Position numbers and translations under genes: made by a program. The notes under the pieces are model-generated. The model was given only the letters and a program-made list of their open reading frames with translations. It made no database searches and was not told the origin of the DNA. A DNA stretch of 64,000 bases. Source: Candidatus Latescibacterota bacterium (GTDB taxonomy: Bacteria; Latescibacterota; UBA2968). The stretch covers positions 1-64,000 of the forward strand of contig OZ241986.1 in assembly GCA_965204375.1 (NCBI GenBank), in the 5' to 3' direction. Positions 47,158 through 56,269 of this stretch are shown here, piece after piece; position 1 is the stretch's first letter, and every line of letters starts with the position of its first letter.

Positions 47158-48618
47158 TTATGGTCCACGTTTTCCCGTCGCGATGATTGTACCGGCGGGC
47201 AATAAGGTGTCAAGGCGGTTTGGCAGGTTGTCGCCGACGCTGTGCAGCCAGGTCATGAGTTGATCGCGCAGGTCGTTTTCTGCTGTTGATATGTGGGGTT
47301 GCCCGCTCAGGTTTTTCATTTCGTGTGGGTCGGTTTGAAGGTCGTAAAATTCGTCGATGTCTTGCGGATTCCACACGTATTTGTATCGTTCGTTGCGAAT
47401 GGCGCGCACTTCAAAGCTATAACCGTTGTAGCGGTAATAAACGCCATGTGCGATTTGTGGCCAGTCGGGCGGGCGGTTTTGCGTGCCGACGAGTGGGAGA
47501 AGGTTGCGCCCTTCGCGCGGTTGGTCAGCGGATGATTCGGCGCAGATGAGAGAGAAGAGGGTTTCGCCGATGTCGAGCAATGAGACATAAGCGTCCTGGG
47601 TTGCCGGCGATGTGTTGGGCGCGCGAATGATGAGCGGGATGCGCCAGACTTCTTCGTAAAAATAAGCCCCTTTGTCAAATCGGTTGTGCGCGCCTTCCAT
47701 GTCGCCGTGGTCAGATGTGAAGACAACGGTTGTTGTATCGGCGAGGTTGAGTCGGTCTAAGGCGTTGAGTATGCGTCCGATGGCTTCATCGACCATTGTG
47801 ATGTGTGCGTGGGAATACGCGATAACGGTTTTCCATTCTTCTTCGTTGATTGGGGAGGTGTCCATGCATCCCCACCAGGGTGTCGAATGGAAATAGGGGC
47901 GTCCTTCGCAGTTGTCGCTCAGGTTTGTGGGGAGTTCAACGCGCGTGCGGAGTTCTTGGGCGAGTTTGACGTATTCTTCGGGCAGGTGATGTGGAAAGTG
48001 TGGCGGTGCGGAAGATACGGTGAGAAAGAAGGGTTTGTTTTTGTGGCTCTGCGCCCACGTTTCGAGAAATTTTACGCCTTTGTTCACCGTGGGAAAGGGT
48101 TGGATATTTTCTTTTGGTTGCGGTGAATCTCCCCAAAATGGCGCGCGTCCTTTGATGAGGTTTTGGGTTTGATTGGCGTAGTTGGCAACGGTCTTTTCGT
48201 AGGTGTGATCATTTGTTTGTGGGTGGTATGGCTTTGAGTGTATTTCGATGTTGGGATCAAAGCCGTGTGCGCCGCGTTTTTCCGGGTTGATATGCCCGAG
48301 GTGCCACTTGCCGTAGTAACCGACGTGATAGCCGAGGCGCACGGCTTCGTCAATCCAGGTTTTTTGGTCGAGCGGCATGGATTCCTGGAGGGAATAGCCG
48401 ACTGATTGGTTGTCGTAAACGCCATTTTGATGCGGCCAGCGAGCCGTGAGCAGTGTGCCCCGAGCTGGCGTGCAGAGGGGACAGGATGTGAAGGCATTTG
48501 TGAATACTGTGCCTTCGGATGATAGGCGATCAATATTCGGTGTGGGAATGTCGGCGCCGAGAAAGCCAAATGCCCATGCAGGCCATTGGTCGGTGAGGAT
48601 AAATAAGACGTTTTGCAT
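47158..48618 (-). CDS. Sulfatase
   Basis: ILTDQ, CTPAR (CxPxR), GKWHLG, SDHG. Confidence 0.92.
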   Translation of the reverse strand: MQNVLFILTDQWPAWAFGFLGADIPTPNIDRLSSEGTVFTNAFTSCPLCTPARGTLLTARWPHQNGVYDNQSVGYSLQESMPLDQKTWIDEAVRLGYHVGYYGKWHLGHINPEKRGAHGFDPNIEIHSKPYHPQTNDHTYEKTVANYANQTQNLIKGRAPFWGDSPQPKENIQPFPTVNKGVKFLETWAQSHKNKPFFLTVSSAPPHFPHHLPEEYVKLAQELRTRVELPTNLSDNCEGRPYFHSTPWWGCMDTSPINEEEWKTVIAYSHAHITMVDEAIGRILNALDRLNLADTTTVVFTSDHGDMEGAHNRFDKGAYFYEEVWRIPLIIRAPNTSPATQDAYVSLLDIGETLFSLICAESSADQPREGRNLLPLVGTQNRPPDWPQIAHGVYYRYNGYSFEVRAIRNERYKYVWNPQDIDEFYDLQTDPHEMKNLSGQPHISTAENDLRDQLMTWLHSVGDNLPNRLDTLLPAGTIIATGKRGP

Positions 48619-48634
48619 GATCAGAAGCCTTTCT

Positions 48635-48663
48635 TCTGCGTTTATCTGCGTTCATCTGCGGAT
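48635..48663. repeat. Intergenic ATCTGCG tandem repeat (REP-like)
   Basis: TCTGCG TTTATCTGCG TTCATCTGCGG, 10-nt period. Confidence 0.6.
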
Positions 48664-48872
48664 TGTTCTTTTCGATAATAAACCGATCTTTGCGGTATTT
48701 CGCAATCTCAGATTTGCCCTTGATAGATGCACATAGAGTCACTATATTATATTACTTCTTATTTCTCCCCTGAATATGCGGTACCCCGCCGTGCATTGAT
48801 TTTCCCCTCTCCACATGTCTGTACTGTTACGTCACCTTCCAAACATGTGTCCATCAGGATAAGGGATGTCTT

Positions 48873-50765
48873 ATGGCAACAGCAACAAAATCACGCGCTT
48901 CTAACGCTACGCAACTCGATTTGCTCTCGCAACCGAAGACCAATGGGAAAGCCAATGGCAGAACCAGGGGCAAGAGCAATGGTGCTCATAATTACGACGA
49001 GAGCAAGATTAAAACCCTTTCGTCGCTCGAGCATATTCGGTTGCGTACGGGTATGTACATTGGGCGGCTCGGTTCGGGTGCTGATCCCGACGATGGCATA
49101 TACGTTTTACTCAAAGAGGTGGTCGATAATGCCGTCGATGAATTTATTTCGGGTTTTGGCAAAAAAATCGATGTGACTATTGATGCCAATCACGTCAGTG
49201 TGCGCGACTATGGGCGCGGCGTGCCGCTCGGCAAAATTGTCGAATGCGTTTCTGTGATCAATACCGGTGCAAAATACAACGACGATGTTTTCCAATTTAG
49301 CGTGGGCCTCAACGGCGTGGGTAGCAAAGCGGTCAATGCGCTTTCTACGGATTTTCGCGTGGTGGCCTATCGCGACGGTAAGTACGCAGAAGCCCGGTTT
49401 ACACGCGGAAAACTCATTGGCGAAAAAAAGGGTAGGACTCGGGAACCAGATGGCTCCCTTTTTGAGTTCACGCCCGATTCGGAGATTTTTGAGGAATACG
49501 ATTACAATTTCGAATACGTCGAGCGCCGCATGTGGAACTACGCCTGTCTCAATAGCGGTCTCACGCTCGTTTTTAACAAACAGAAATTCGTCTCCAGGCG
49601 TGGCTTGCTCGATTTTCTCAGCCGCGAAGTCGATGATTCGGCGCTTTATGAACCCGCGTATTATAAGGGGCAATATCTCGAATTTGCATTTACCCATACG
49701 TCCAATTACGGGGAAAACTATTTTTCTTTTGTCAATGGGCAATACACCATTGACGGTGGTACGCATCAAAGTGCTTTTCGAGAGGGTATCTTAAAAGGCG
49801 TCAATGAGTTTTACAAGAAGAATTACAGCGGGGTGGATGTGCGGGAATCCATCAATGGTGCTGTTGCGGTCAAGCTCAAAGAACCCGTTTTTGAGTCGCA
49901 AACAAAAAATAAACTCGGCAATACCGAAGTGCGCTCGTGGATTGTTTCTGAAACGCGTAGTGCGGTGGTCGATTTTTTGCACAAGAATACCGCGGCGGCG
50001 CAAAAACTCCAGGAGAAGATCAACCACAATGAGCGCCTGCGGAGAGAACTCAACGATGTGAAGAAAAAGGCCAAGGAAGTCGCTCGCAAAGTCTCTATCA
50101 AAATTCCGCATTTCAAGGATTGTAAATATCACAAGGGCGATAAAAAAGGCGGCGATGAATCTACTATTTTTATCACCGAAGGTCCCTCTGCTGCCGGGTC
50201 TATGGTCGCTGCGCGAGATGTGGAGACTCAGGCTATTTTTGGTCTGAAGGGCGTGCCCCTCAATGTATTTGGAAAAACAAAAGCCGCGATTTACAAGAAT
50301 GAAGAACTCTACAATCTCATGACGGCTTTGGGCATTGAAGACAGCGTTGAGAATCTCCGTTTCAACAATGTGGTCATTGCTACGGATGCCGATTACGATG
50401 GCTTCCACATCCGCAATCTGCTGATGACCTTTTTCCTCAATTACTTCGAAGAGCTCGTTACTTCTGGTCATGTCTATATTCTGGAGACGCCAATTTTTCG
50501 CGTTCGCAATAGTCGTGAGACGCGCTATTGTTATAGCGAAAAAGAACGCAATCAGGCTGTTGCAGATTTGCGAAATCCCGAGGTCACGCGCTTCAAGGGG
50601 TTGGGGGAGATCTCTCCCGGTGAGTTTGGACAGTTTATCGGAGAGGATATGCGCCTGATCAAAGTCGGCGTGCGCTCGCTCGCCGAGGTTCCAAATACCC
50701 TCGATTTTTACATGGGTAAGAATACCCCTGATCGCAGAGATTATATTGTGGAGCATTTGATTTAG
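48873..50765 (+). CDS. parE: DNA topoisomerase IV subunit B
   Basis: EVVDNAVDE, DYGRG, GLNGVG, TEGPSA, DADYDG, RFKGLGE; short length and a parC neighbour. Confidence 0.92.
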   Translation: MATATKSRASNATQLDLLSQPKTNGKANGRTRGKSNGAHNYDESKIKTLSSLEHIRLRTGMYIGRLGSGADPDDGIYVLLKEVVDNAVDEFISGFGKKIDVTIDANHVSVRDYGRGVPLGKIVECVSVINTGAKYNDDVFQFSVGLNGVGSKAVNALSTDFRVVAYRDGKYAEARFTRGKLIGEKKGRTREPDGSLFEFTPDSEIFEEYDYNFEYVERRMWNYACLNSGLTLVFNKQKFVSRRGLLDFLSREVDDSALYEPAYYKGQYLEFAFTHTSNYGENYFSFVNGQYTIDGGTHQSAFREGILKGVNEFYKKNYSGVDVRESINGAVAVKLKEPVFESQTKNKLGNTEVRSWIVSETRSAVVDFLHKNTAAAQKLQEKINHNERLRRELNDVKKKAKEVARKVSIKIPHFKDCKYHKGDKKGGDESTIFITEGPSAAGSMVAARDVETQAIFGLKGVPLNVFGKTKAAIYKNEELYNLMTALGIEDSVENLRFNNVVIATDADYDGFHIRNLLMTFFLNYFEELVTSGHVYILETPIFRVRNSRETRYCYSEKERNQAVADLRNPEVTRFKGLGEISPGEFGQFIGEDMRLIKVGVRSLAEVPNTLDFYMGKNTPDRRDYIVEHLI

Positions 50766-50776
50766 AGGAATGAAAA

Positions 50777-52678
50777 ATGGCTTATATCGACAGGTTATTT
50801 GACCAGTATTTTTTAGAACACGCTTCTTATGTTGTGAAGGATAGGGCGATTCCCGACATTGACGATGGTCTCAAGCCCGTACAGCGCCGCATTTTACACG
50901 CGTTGAAAGAGCAGGATGATGGGAAATTTCACAAGGTAGCCAATGTCGTGGGGCAGACGATGAAATACCATCCCCACGGCGATCAGTCGATTTACGGTGC
51001 GCTGGTTCATCTGGCGAACAAAGATCTGTTCATCGACAAACAGGGCAATTTCGGCAATATTTATACGGGTGATGAAGCCTCGGCTGCGCGTTATATCGAA
51101 TGCCGATTGACCCCGCTTGCCAAAGATGTGCTCTTTAATCCGGAGATTACTGAATACATCGAATCCTACGATGGCCGCAATAACGAGCCCGTTGTTTTTC
51201 CGGCGAAGATCCCCGTGCTTCTCGCGCAGGGCACTGAGGGCATTGCGCCGGGTATGACGACGCGGGTTTTGTCCCACAATTTGATCGAATTGTTGCAGGC
51301 GCAAATTGCCTATCTCCAGGGGGAGGATTTTCAGATCTTTCCCGATTTTGCGACGGGTGGTTTTGTCGATGTCACCGAATATGCCGATGGCAATGGCAAA
51401 GTGCTCGTGCGCGCCAAACTCGATACCAAAAATTCCAAACGCATTGTCGTGCGCGAATTGCCTTTTGGATCTACGTCTGACTCCCTCATTGCCTCAATTG
51501 AAAGTGCAGCCCGGAAAAACAAACTCAAGATCGCGGGTATCAGCGATTATACAGGGGAGGAAGTCGAGATTGAAATTCGCCTTGCACGGGGCGTGCATAC
51601 CAAAGATACCGTGGATGCGCTTTACGCTTTTACCGACTGCGAGCAATCTATCAGCGTTAGTGCTCTGGTCATCAAGGATAACCGCCCCCATATCGCCACG
51701 GTGAGCGATATTCTCAAACACAATGCCGACCGATTGGTCGATGTTCTTACGGCAGAGCTTAAAATTGAGCAGAGTCAGGTGCGCGATAAGTTGCACGCCA
51801 AAACTCTCGAACAGATTTTTATCGAGAACCGGGTTTACAAAGCCATTGAGGAAGTCGCGGATTCCGGTGCGATTCACGAGGCGATACGTATGGGTTTGGA
51901 GCGTTTTCTCAGTACAATTAGACGCAAGGTTACAGCAGAAGACCTCGATACGCTTTTACAAATTCCCATTCGGCGCATTTCACTTTACGATATCACGAAA
52001 GCGAAAAAGGAAATGCGTGAGATGCACGCGCGGCTCAGAGAGATCAAGACTAATCTCGACAATATTACGGGCTTTACTATTGATTTTCTGGAATATCTGA
52101 TTGATGAATACAAAGATGCGTATCCCCGTCGCACTGAAGTGACTTCTTTTGATCAGGTGGATGCACGCGAAGTGGCGCAGCGCAATCTCAAGTTGCGCTA
52201 TGATAAGAAGACGGGCTATCTCGGTTATGATGTCAATGGCAACACGCTCATGGATGTGTCGCAATACGATCGCGTGCTCGTGATTCGCAAAAATGGCACT
52301 TATTCTCTACACGAAGCACCCGACCGTCTCTTTGTGGATAAGGGTATGCTATTTTGCGATTTTGTCGATTCCGAACGGGTGTACACAGTTGTTTACCGGG
52401 ATAAGAAGACCAATTATCCCTGTATTAAACGCTGTAAGCTGGACACATTTATTATGAACAGGGGATATGAACTCGTGCCACCGGGATGCCGATTGCTCAA
52501 GCTCACAACCGACCGCGATGTCGAGGTTCACGTATCCTATAAATCCAAACCCCGCGTGCGCATCCTCAATGAAGAATTTGCCATCGAAGATTATGCGGTT
52601 CGCGGTAAAACCGCCAAAGGAGTGCGTCTGTCAGCGCGCGAGGTCAGAAGTGCTAAATTTGTGAAGCCTAAAATTTGA
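50777..52678 (+). CDS. parC: DNA topoisomerase IV subunit A
   Basis: RAIPD..DGLKPVQRR, YHPHGD, AARYIE; short CTD and no GyrA box seen. Confidence 0.92.
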   Translation: MAYIDRLFDQYFLEHASYVVKDRAIPDIDDGLKPVQRRILHALKEQDDGKFHKVANVVGQTMKYHPHGDQSIYGALVHLANKDLFIDKQGNFGNIYTGDEASAARYIECRLTPLAKDVLFNPEITEYIESYDGRNNEPVVFPAKIPVLLAQGTEGIAPGMTTRVLSHNLIELLQAQIAYLQGEDFQIFPDFATGGFVDVTEYADGNGKVLVRAKLDTKNSKRIVVRELPFGSTSDSLIASIESAARKNKLKIAGISDYTGEEVEIEIRLARGVHTKDTVDALYAFTDCEQSISVSALVIKDNRPHIATVSDILKHNADRLVDVLTAELKIEQSQVRDKLHAKTLEQIFIENRVYKAIEEVADSGAIHEAIRMGLERFLSTIRRKVTAEDLDTLLQIPIRRISLYDITKAKKEMREMHARLREIKTNLDNITGFTIDFLEYLIDEYKDAYPRRTEVTSFDQVDAREVAQRNLKLRYDKKTGYLGYDVNGNTLMDVSQYDRVLVIRKNGTYSLHEAPDRLFVDKGMLFCDFVDSERVYTVVYRDKKTNYPCIKRCKLDTFIMNRGYELVPPGCRLLKLTTDRDVEVHVSYKSKPRVRILNEEFAIEDYAVRGKTAKGVRLSAREVRSAKFVKPKI

Positions 52679-52696
52679 TTAAAAGGATTTTGTGTT

Positions 52697-53344
52697 ATGC
52701 CGAAGTTTTTTGTCATTGGTCGGTATGTATTTTTCATCTACTCTGCTGATGAGGTGGAGCGAGCACATATTCATGTGCGAATCAGAGCATCGGCATTTCC
52801 CACGGCGAAGTTCTGGTTGGTTCCTGTTGTCGAGTTAGCATATAACAATGGTTTTAAGCGTAAAGAAATTTCAGATATCAGGAAACTGACTGTGAAACAC
52901 GCGCAGGAATTATTGACAAAATGGAACGCAGAGTTTAATCAGGATCAAGCAATGGATAACGGCGAAATACGTGAAGCACTCCTGCGCGGTTATGATAAAG
53001 TGCGTTGGTTGGATGAGGCGAAGCGTTTGGAATGCCATCGTCCGTCTATTTTGGATATTCGATTCGATGAGTCACACATGCATGTTTATCTCGATGACGA
53101 TCGGGGTATCTCTGTACCGTTACGGTGGTATCCGCGTTTGTACTTCGGCTCGCCAGAAGATCGGGCGGATTGGGAACTATGGTGCCACGAAAGCGAAGAT
53201 GTGTATGATGTGATTGCCTGGGAAACCCTGGATGAACACATACGTCTTGAAAGTTTGTTGGCAGGACGAGCAAGCCGTGAAAGTGTAACATCTATACGTC
53301 GATGGTTGAAAGGTGAAAGATTGTACGAAGTATATGATGAATAA
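52697..53344 (+). CDS. Fused DUF4160 (toxin-like) + DUF2442 (antitoxin-like) protein
   Basis: N-half FFIYSAD..AHIHV..AKFWL.P.LAYNNGF; C-half V.LDDDR.ISVPL.WYPRL...W..LDEHI..LLAG; single reading frame. Confidence 0.8.
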   Translation: MPKFFVIGRYVFFIYSADEVERAHIHVRIRASAFPTAKFWLVPVVELAYNNGFKRKEISDIRKLTVKHAQELLTKWNAEFNQDQAMDNGEIREALLRGYDKVRWLDEAKRLECHRPSILDIRFDESHMHVYLDDDRGISVPLRWYPRLYFGSPEDRADWELWCHESEDVYDVIAWETLDEHIRLESLLAGRASRESVTSIRRWLKGERLYEVYDE

Positions 53345-53403
53345 TTTTTTTGGGCCGTTTTGTATATAATTCCTAAAACAAAGTTGTAAGACGGAGAAAT
53401 TTT

Positions 53404-54867
53404 ATGGAAGTTGCTGAATTAACACTTGAACATGCGACAACTCTGGAAGATGAGTGCAGAAATGAAAGCCACACACTGTACAGAGACCTGTTAGAAAAGA
53501 AATACAAGAGCCTGATCACCCACAATCCGAAATTGACAAGGACCCTTGTCAGCTTTCAGGCTAATAAAAACACACCGTATTATCGATGGTTTAAGTATAA
53601 AGAAGGCTTCTCAGCGCAGATGGTTCATTATCTTCTGAACGCATTGGCGGAGAAGCAGGGCGCACTATTGGATCCGTTCTCGGGAACAGGAGCGGCTCTA
53701 TTTGCATCGCAAGAATTGGGATGGGAAGCAACGGGTATTGAGCTTCTTCCTGTAGGATGTGCGATCACCGAAGCCAGACAAGCAGCCGAGCAGGTGGATA
53801 TTATACGGCTAAAAAAAGAAATTGAGGCCCTGGATAGCATTGATTTTTCGACTATCAAATCCGATAGCTCGATCCAACATATCGCGATTACGGAAGGTGC
53901 ATTTTCTCGAGATACGGAAGACCAACTGAACGGTTATTTAACCTATTGTGAAAATCAGATTAAAGATTCTCATATTAAGACGCTTCTTCGCTTTGCCGCT
54001 TTTTGTATTCTGGAAAGGATCAGTTATACCAGAAAGGACGGGCAATATCTCCGCTGGGATTATCGTGCGGGCAGAACGAGAGTGAAGTCGAAATTTAACA
54101 AGGGCAAAGTCTATCAGTTCAAAGAAGCACTTCAACTTCAGCTCAATTTGATGGTTGAGGATCTTCTCTATGAGGACATGGACCTTTTTAAAAAGGAAAA
54201 TTTGTCTAAAGAAGAACAGAACATTCGGTTGATTCAAGGGTCCTGTCTTGAAGAGTTGTGCAAATTCAGTGAGGAGAGTTTTAACTTTATTTTGACGTCT
54301 CCGCCCTATTGTAATCGCTATGATTACACGCGCACCTACGCGCTTGAACTGGTATTTCTCAATAAGAACGAAGAGGAAGTCAAGCACCTGCGACAACAAA
54401 TGCTATCCTGTACCGTTGAAAACAAAGAGAAAGTTGAATCGTTGGTGACTCAATATGCGGACCTGAAAAGAGAAGACTTTTTGCAGAAGGCTATTTTTGC
54501 TTTTGAGAACCATAATGCACTGCAAGAAGTCCTATATTGGCTGAATACATATAACGGGAAAGGTCAGTTGAATAACTCCAATATTCCTCGAATGATCGCA
54601 AATTACTTCCTCGAAATGGCTCTGGTCATATTTGAAATGAGCAGAGTACTGAAGCCGGGCGGAAAGGTCGCGATGGTGAACGACAATGTGCGGTATGCGG
54701 GAGAAGAGATTCCCGTTGATTTAATTCTTTCCGACTTTGCTGAAGCAGCGGGCTTATCCACCAGGAACATCTGGGTTCTGGGAACTGGCAAGGGGAATAG
54801 CAGCCAACAGATGGGCAAGTACGGCCGCGCAGAATTGCGGAAATGCGTGTATGTTTGGGAAAAATAG
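53404..54867 (+). CDS. Type II amino-DNA methyltransferase (M.AvaI/M.BsoBI-like, probably m4C)
   Basis: WFKYKEGFS, DPFSGTG (motif I), TSPPY (motif IV), KGNSSQQMG; convergent with a BsoBI-like REase. Confidence 0.88.
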   Translation: MEVAELTLEHATTLEDECRNESHTLYRDLLEKKYKSLITHNPKLTRTLVSFQANKNTPYYRWFKYKEGFSAQMVHYLLNALAEKQGALLDPFSGTGAALFASQELGWEATGIELLPVGCAITEARQAAEQVDIIRLKKEIEALDSIDFSTIKSDSSIQHIAITEGAFSRDTEDQLNGYLTYCENQIKDSHIKTLLRFAAFCILERISYTRKDGQYLRWDYRAGRTRVKSKFNKGKVYQFKEALQLQLNLMVEDLLYEDMDLFKKENLSKEEQNIRLIQGSCLEELCKFSEESFNFILTSPPYCNRYDYTRTYALELVFLNKNEEEVKHLRQQMLSCTVENKEKVESLVTQYADLKREDFLQKAIFAFENHNALQEVLYWLNTYNGKGQLNNSNIPRMIANYFLEMALVIFEMSRVLKPGGKVAMVNDNVRYAGEEIPVDLILSDFAEAAGLSTRNIWVLGTGKGNSSQQMGKYGRAELRKCVYVWEK

Positions 54868-54868
54868 T

Positions 54869-55843
54869 CTAAAGGTCAACCAGCCAGTTCACGAGTCTTT
54901 CGATTTGTTGCGGTTTACATAGATTTGCTACGCCAACCAGTTTTCCTTCCTTCATGCGTTGGATGATTTCCTGCGCCATTGAATCCTCTATAGCAGCACC
55001 GATGAAAACCAGTCCGGGAGCAGGCGTTGAAAAACTTCCCGCGATCCGATCAAGCGCAGATCTTGCTGTCTTCCAGTGTTCATCCGCACCAGCCGGATCA
55101 ATACCTCCTTTTAATTCCCCACAAAGAATATAATTTTCTCGCTTGCTTAATAACGCTCTTATGTCAACGCGTGAGCAAATAATCCTGGGAGTTCTCAAGA
55201 GAATGATGTCCACATTATTTCCTCTTGGTCCGACAAAAGGGCATTGCATATTAAAAGCGAGAATTCTATCCGGCCATTACAAGGCACTCAGGCCACTTTC
55301 AAGGAGATCACGGGTGTCTGTACCGAGTAGATTCATGAAATTATTTATTCTTCTTTGCAAATAGCTCACGCCAAAACTTTGATACTTTGTCTGCATCCTC
55401 TTCAAAAGATATTCCCTGAATTTTATTTCAGCCTGCCTACCAGTATCGTTGCGCTTGACGCCTCCGAGTTGATCCCCAGAATTCAGCGCGTATCGGTACA
55501 GAATATTATTGATTATATCCGGTTTAAGGAAGTCTTGCTTTCTTGCTAAGATATGTCTTCTTAGAAATTTTTTCGTTTCTTCGGAACCAATAGCATTTCT
55601 GGCCTTCTCGATCAGCCCCAGTGCTCCAATGAGAATTTCTATAATCTCTTGATCTCTTTCCGCTGCTTGGAGCAAATTCTCTAAATCCGGTCCGATGTGT
55701 GCGAGCTTTCTCTGGGCTTCAATTATTCTGCTGACAAATGGTGATGCCGATGTGAACTGCCTCATGGATTGTTGGCGAAATCCTTCGGCAGTTTCTGCTG
55801 GGGTGGTTGTGATTTCAGATGGATGATGATAAATGGGCTGCAT
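54869..55843 (-). pseudogene. AvaI/BsoBI-family type II restriction endonuclease interrupted by one in-frame stop
   Basis: ORFs 55277-55843 and 54869-55249 share a frame: ...GLSAL*WPDRILAFNMQ...; catalytic ELKGGIDPAGADEHWKTA present. Confidence 0.88.
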
Positions 55844-55858
55844 CTGAAGTTCCTTGCA

Positions 55859-56122
55859 TTATAGAGACGAGTGATTTTTCTTTATATTCAGTGGCGTCTT
55901 CCACTCTCGTTCTGTGGTTGAGAACTCATTGTTAATTTTTTGAAGTTCCCTTTGGATTTCAGGATCAGCGGCCATTTCGCTTAACTGTGCATCATCATCT
56001 GTTTTGTCAGAGATATTTTCTCGTATTCGGTGGCTCACGCGCTCAATAAGGAGCAATTGATCGTCCAGGGACAACCGACTGATATTTTCTTCCAATTCAG
56101 AAAGAAGAGATGGTGCAGGCAT
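55859..56122 (-). CDS. Small antitoxin-like protein, orphan, leading the REase gene
   Basis: AAGGAG SD; LSLDDQLLLIE...MAADPEIQREL..IN.EF, a family typically upstream of MazF/PemK-type toxins. Confidence 0.55.
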   Translation of the reverse strand: MPAPSLLSELEENISRLSLDDQLLLIERVSHRIRENISDKTDDDAQLSEMAADPEIQRELQKINNEFSTTEREWKTPLNIKKNHSSL

Positions 56123-56269
56123 GGCTTTTCTCCTTAAATCATCCCGCTCAAGATGGGCGCGGATGTTTTTTCTTTTACAACTTCAAATTGTCTATTAACT
56201 TTCTGATGAAGTATAGAAAGAATTTTTAAAAAAACAAGACCAGATGTCCTTTCAAACTGGAGAACCTCA

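Noticed and set aside
45959-50756. Long antisense ORFs (45959-46918, 49791-50756 and others)
   Set aside because: They are shadow frames opposite well-conserved genes and have no recognisable motifs.
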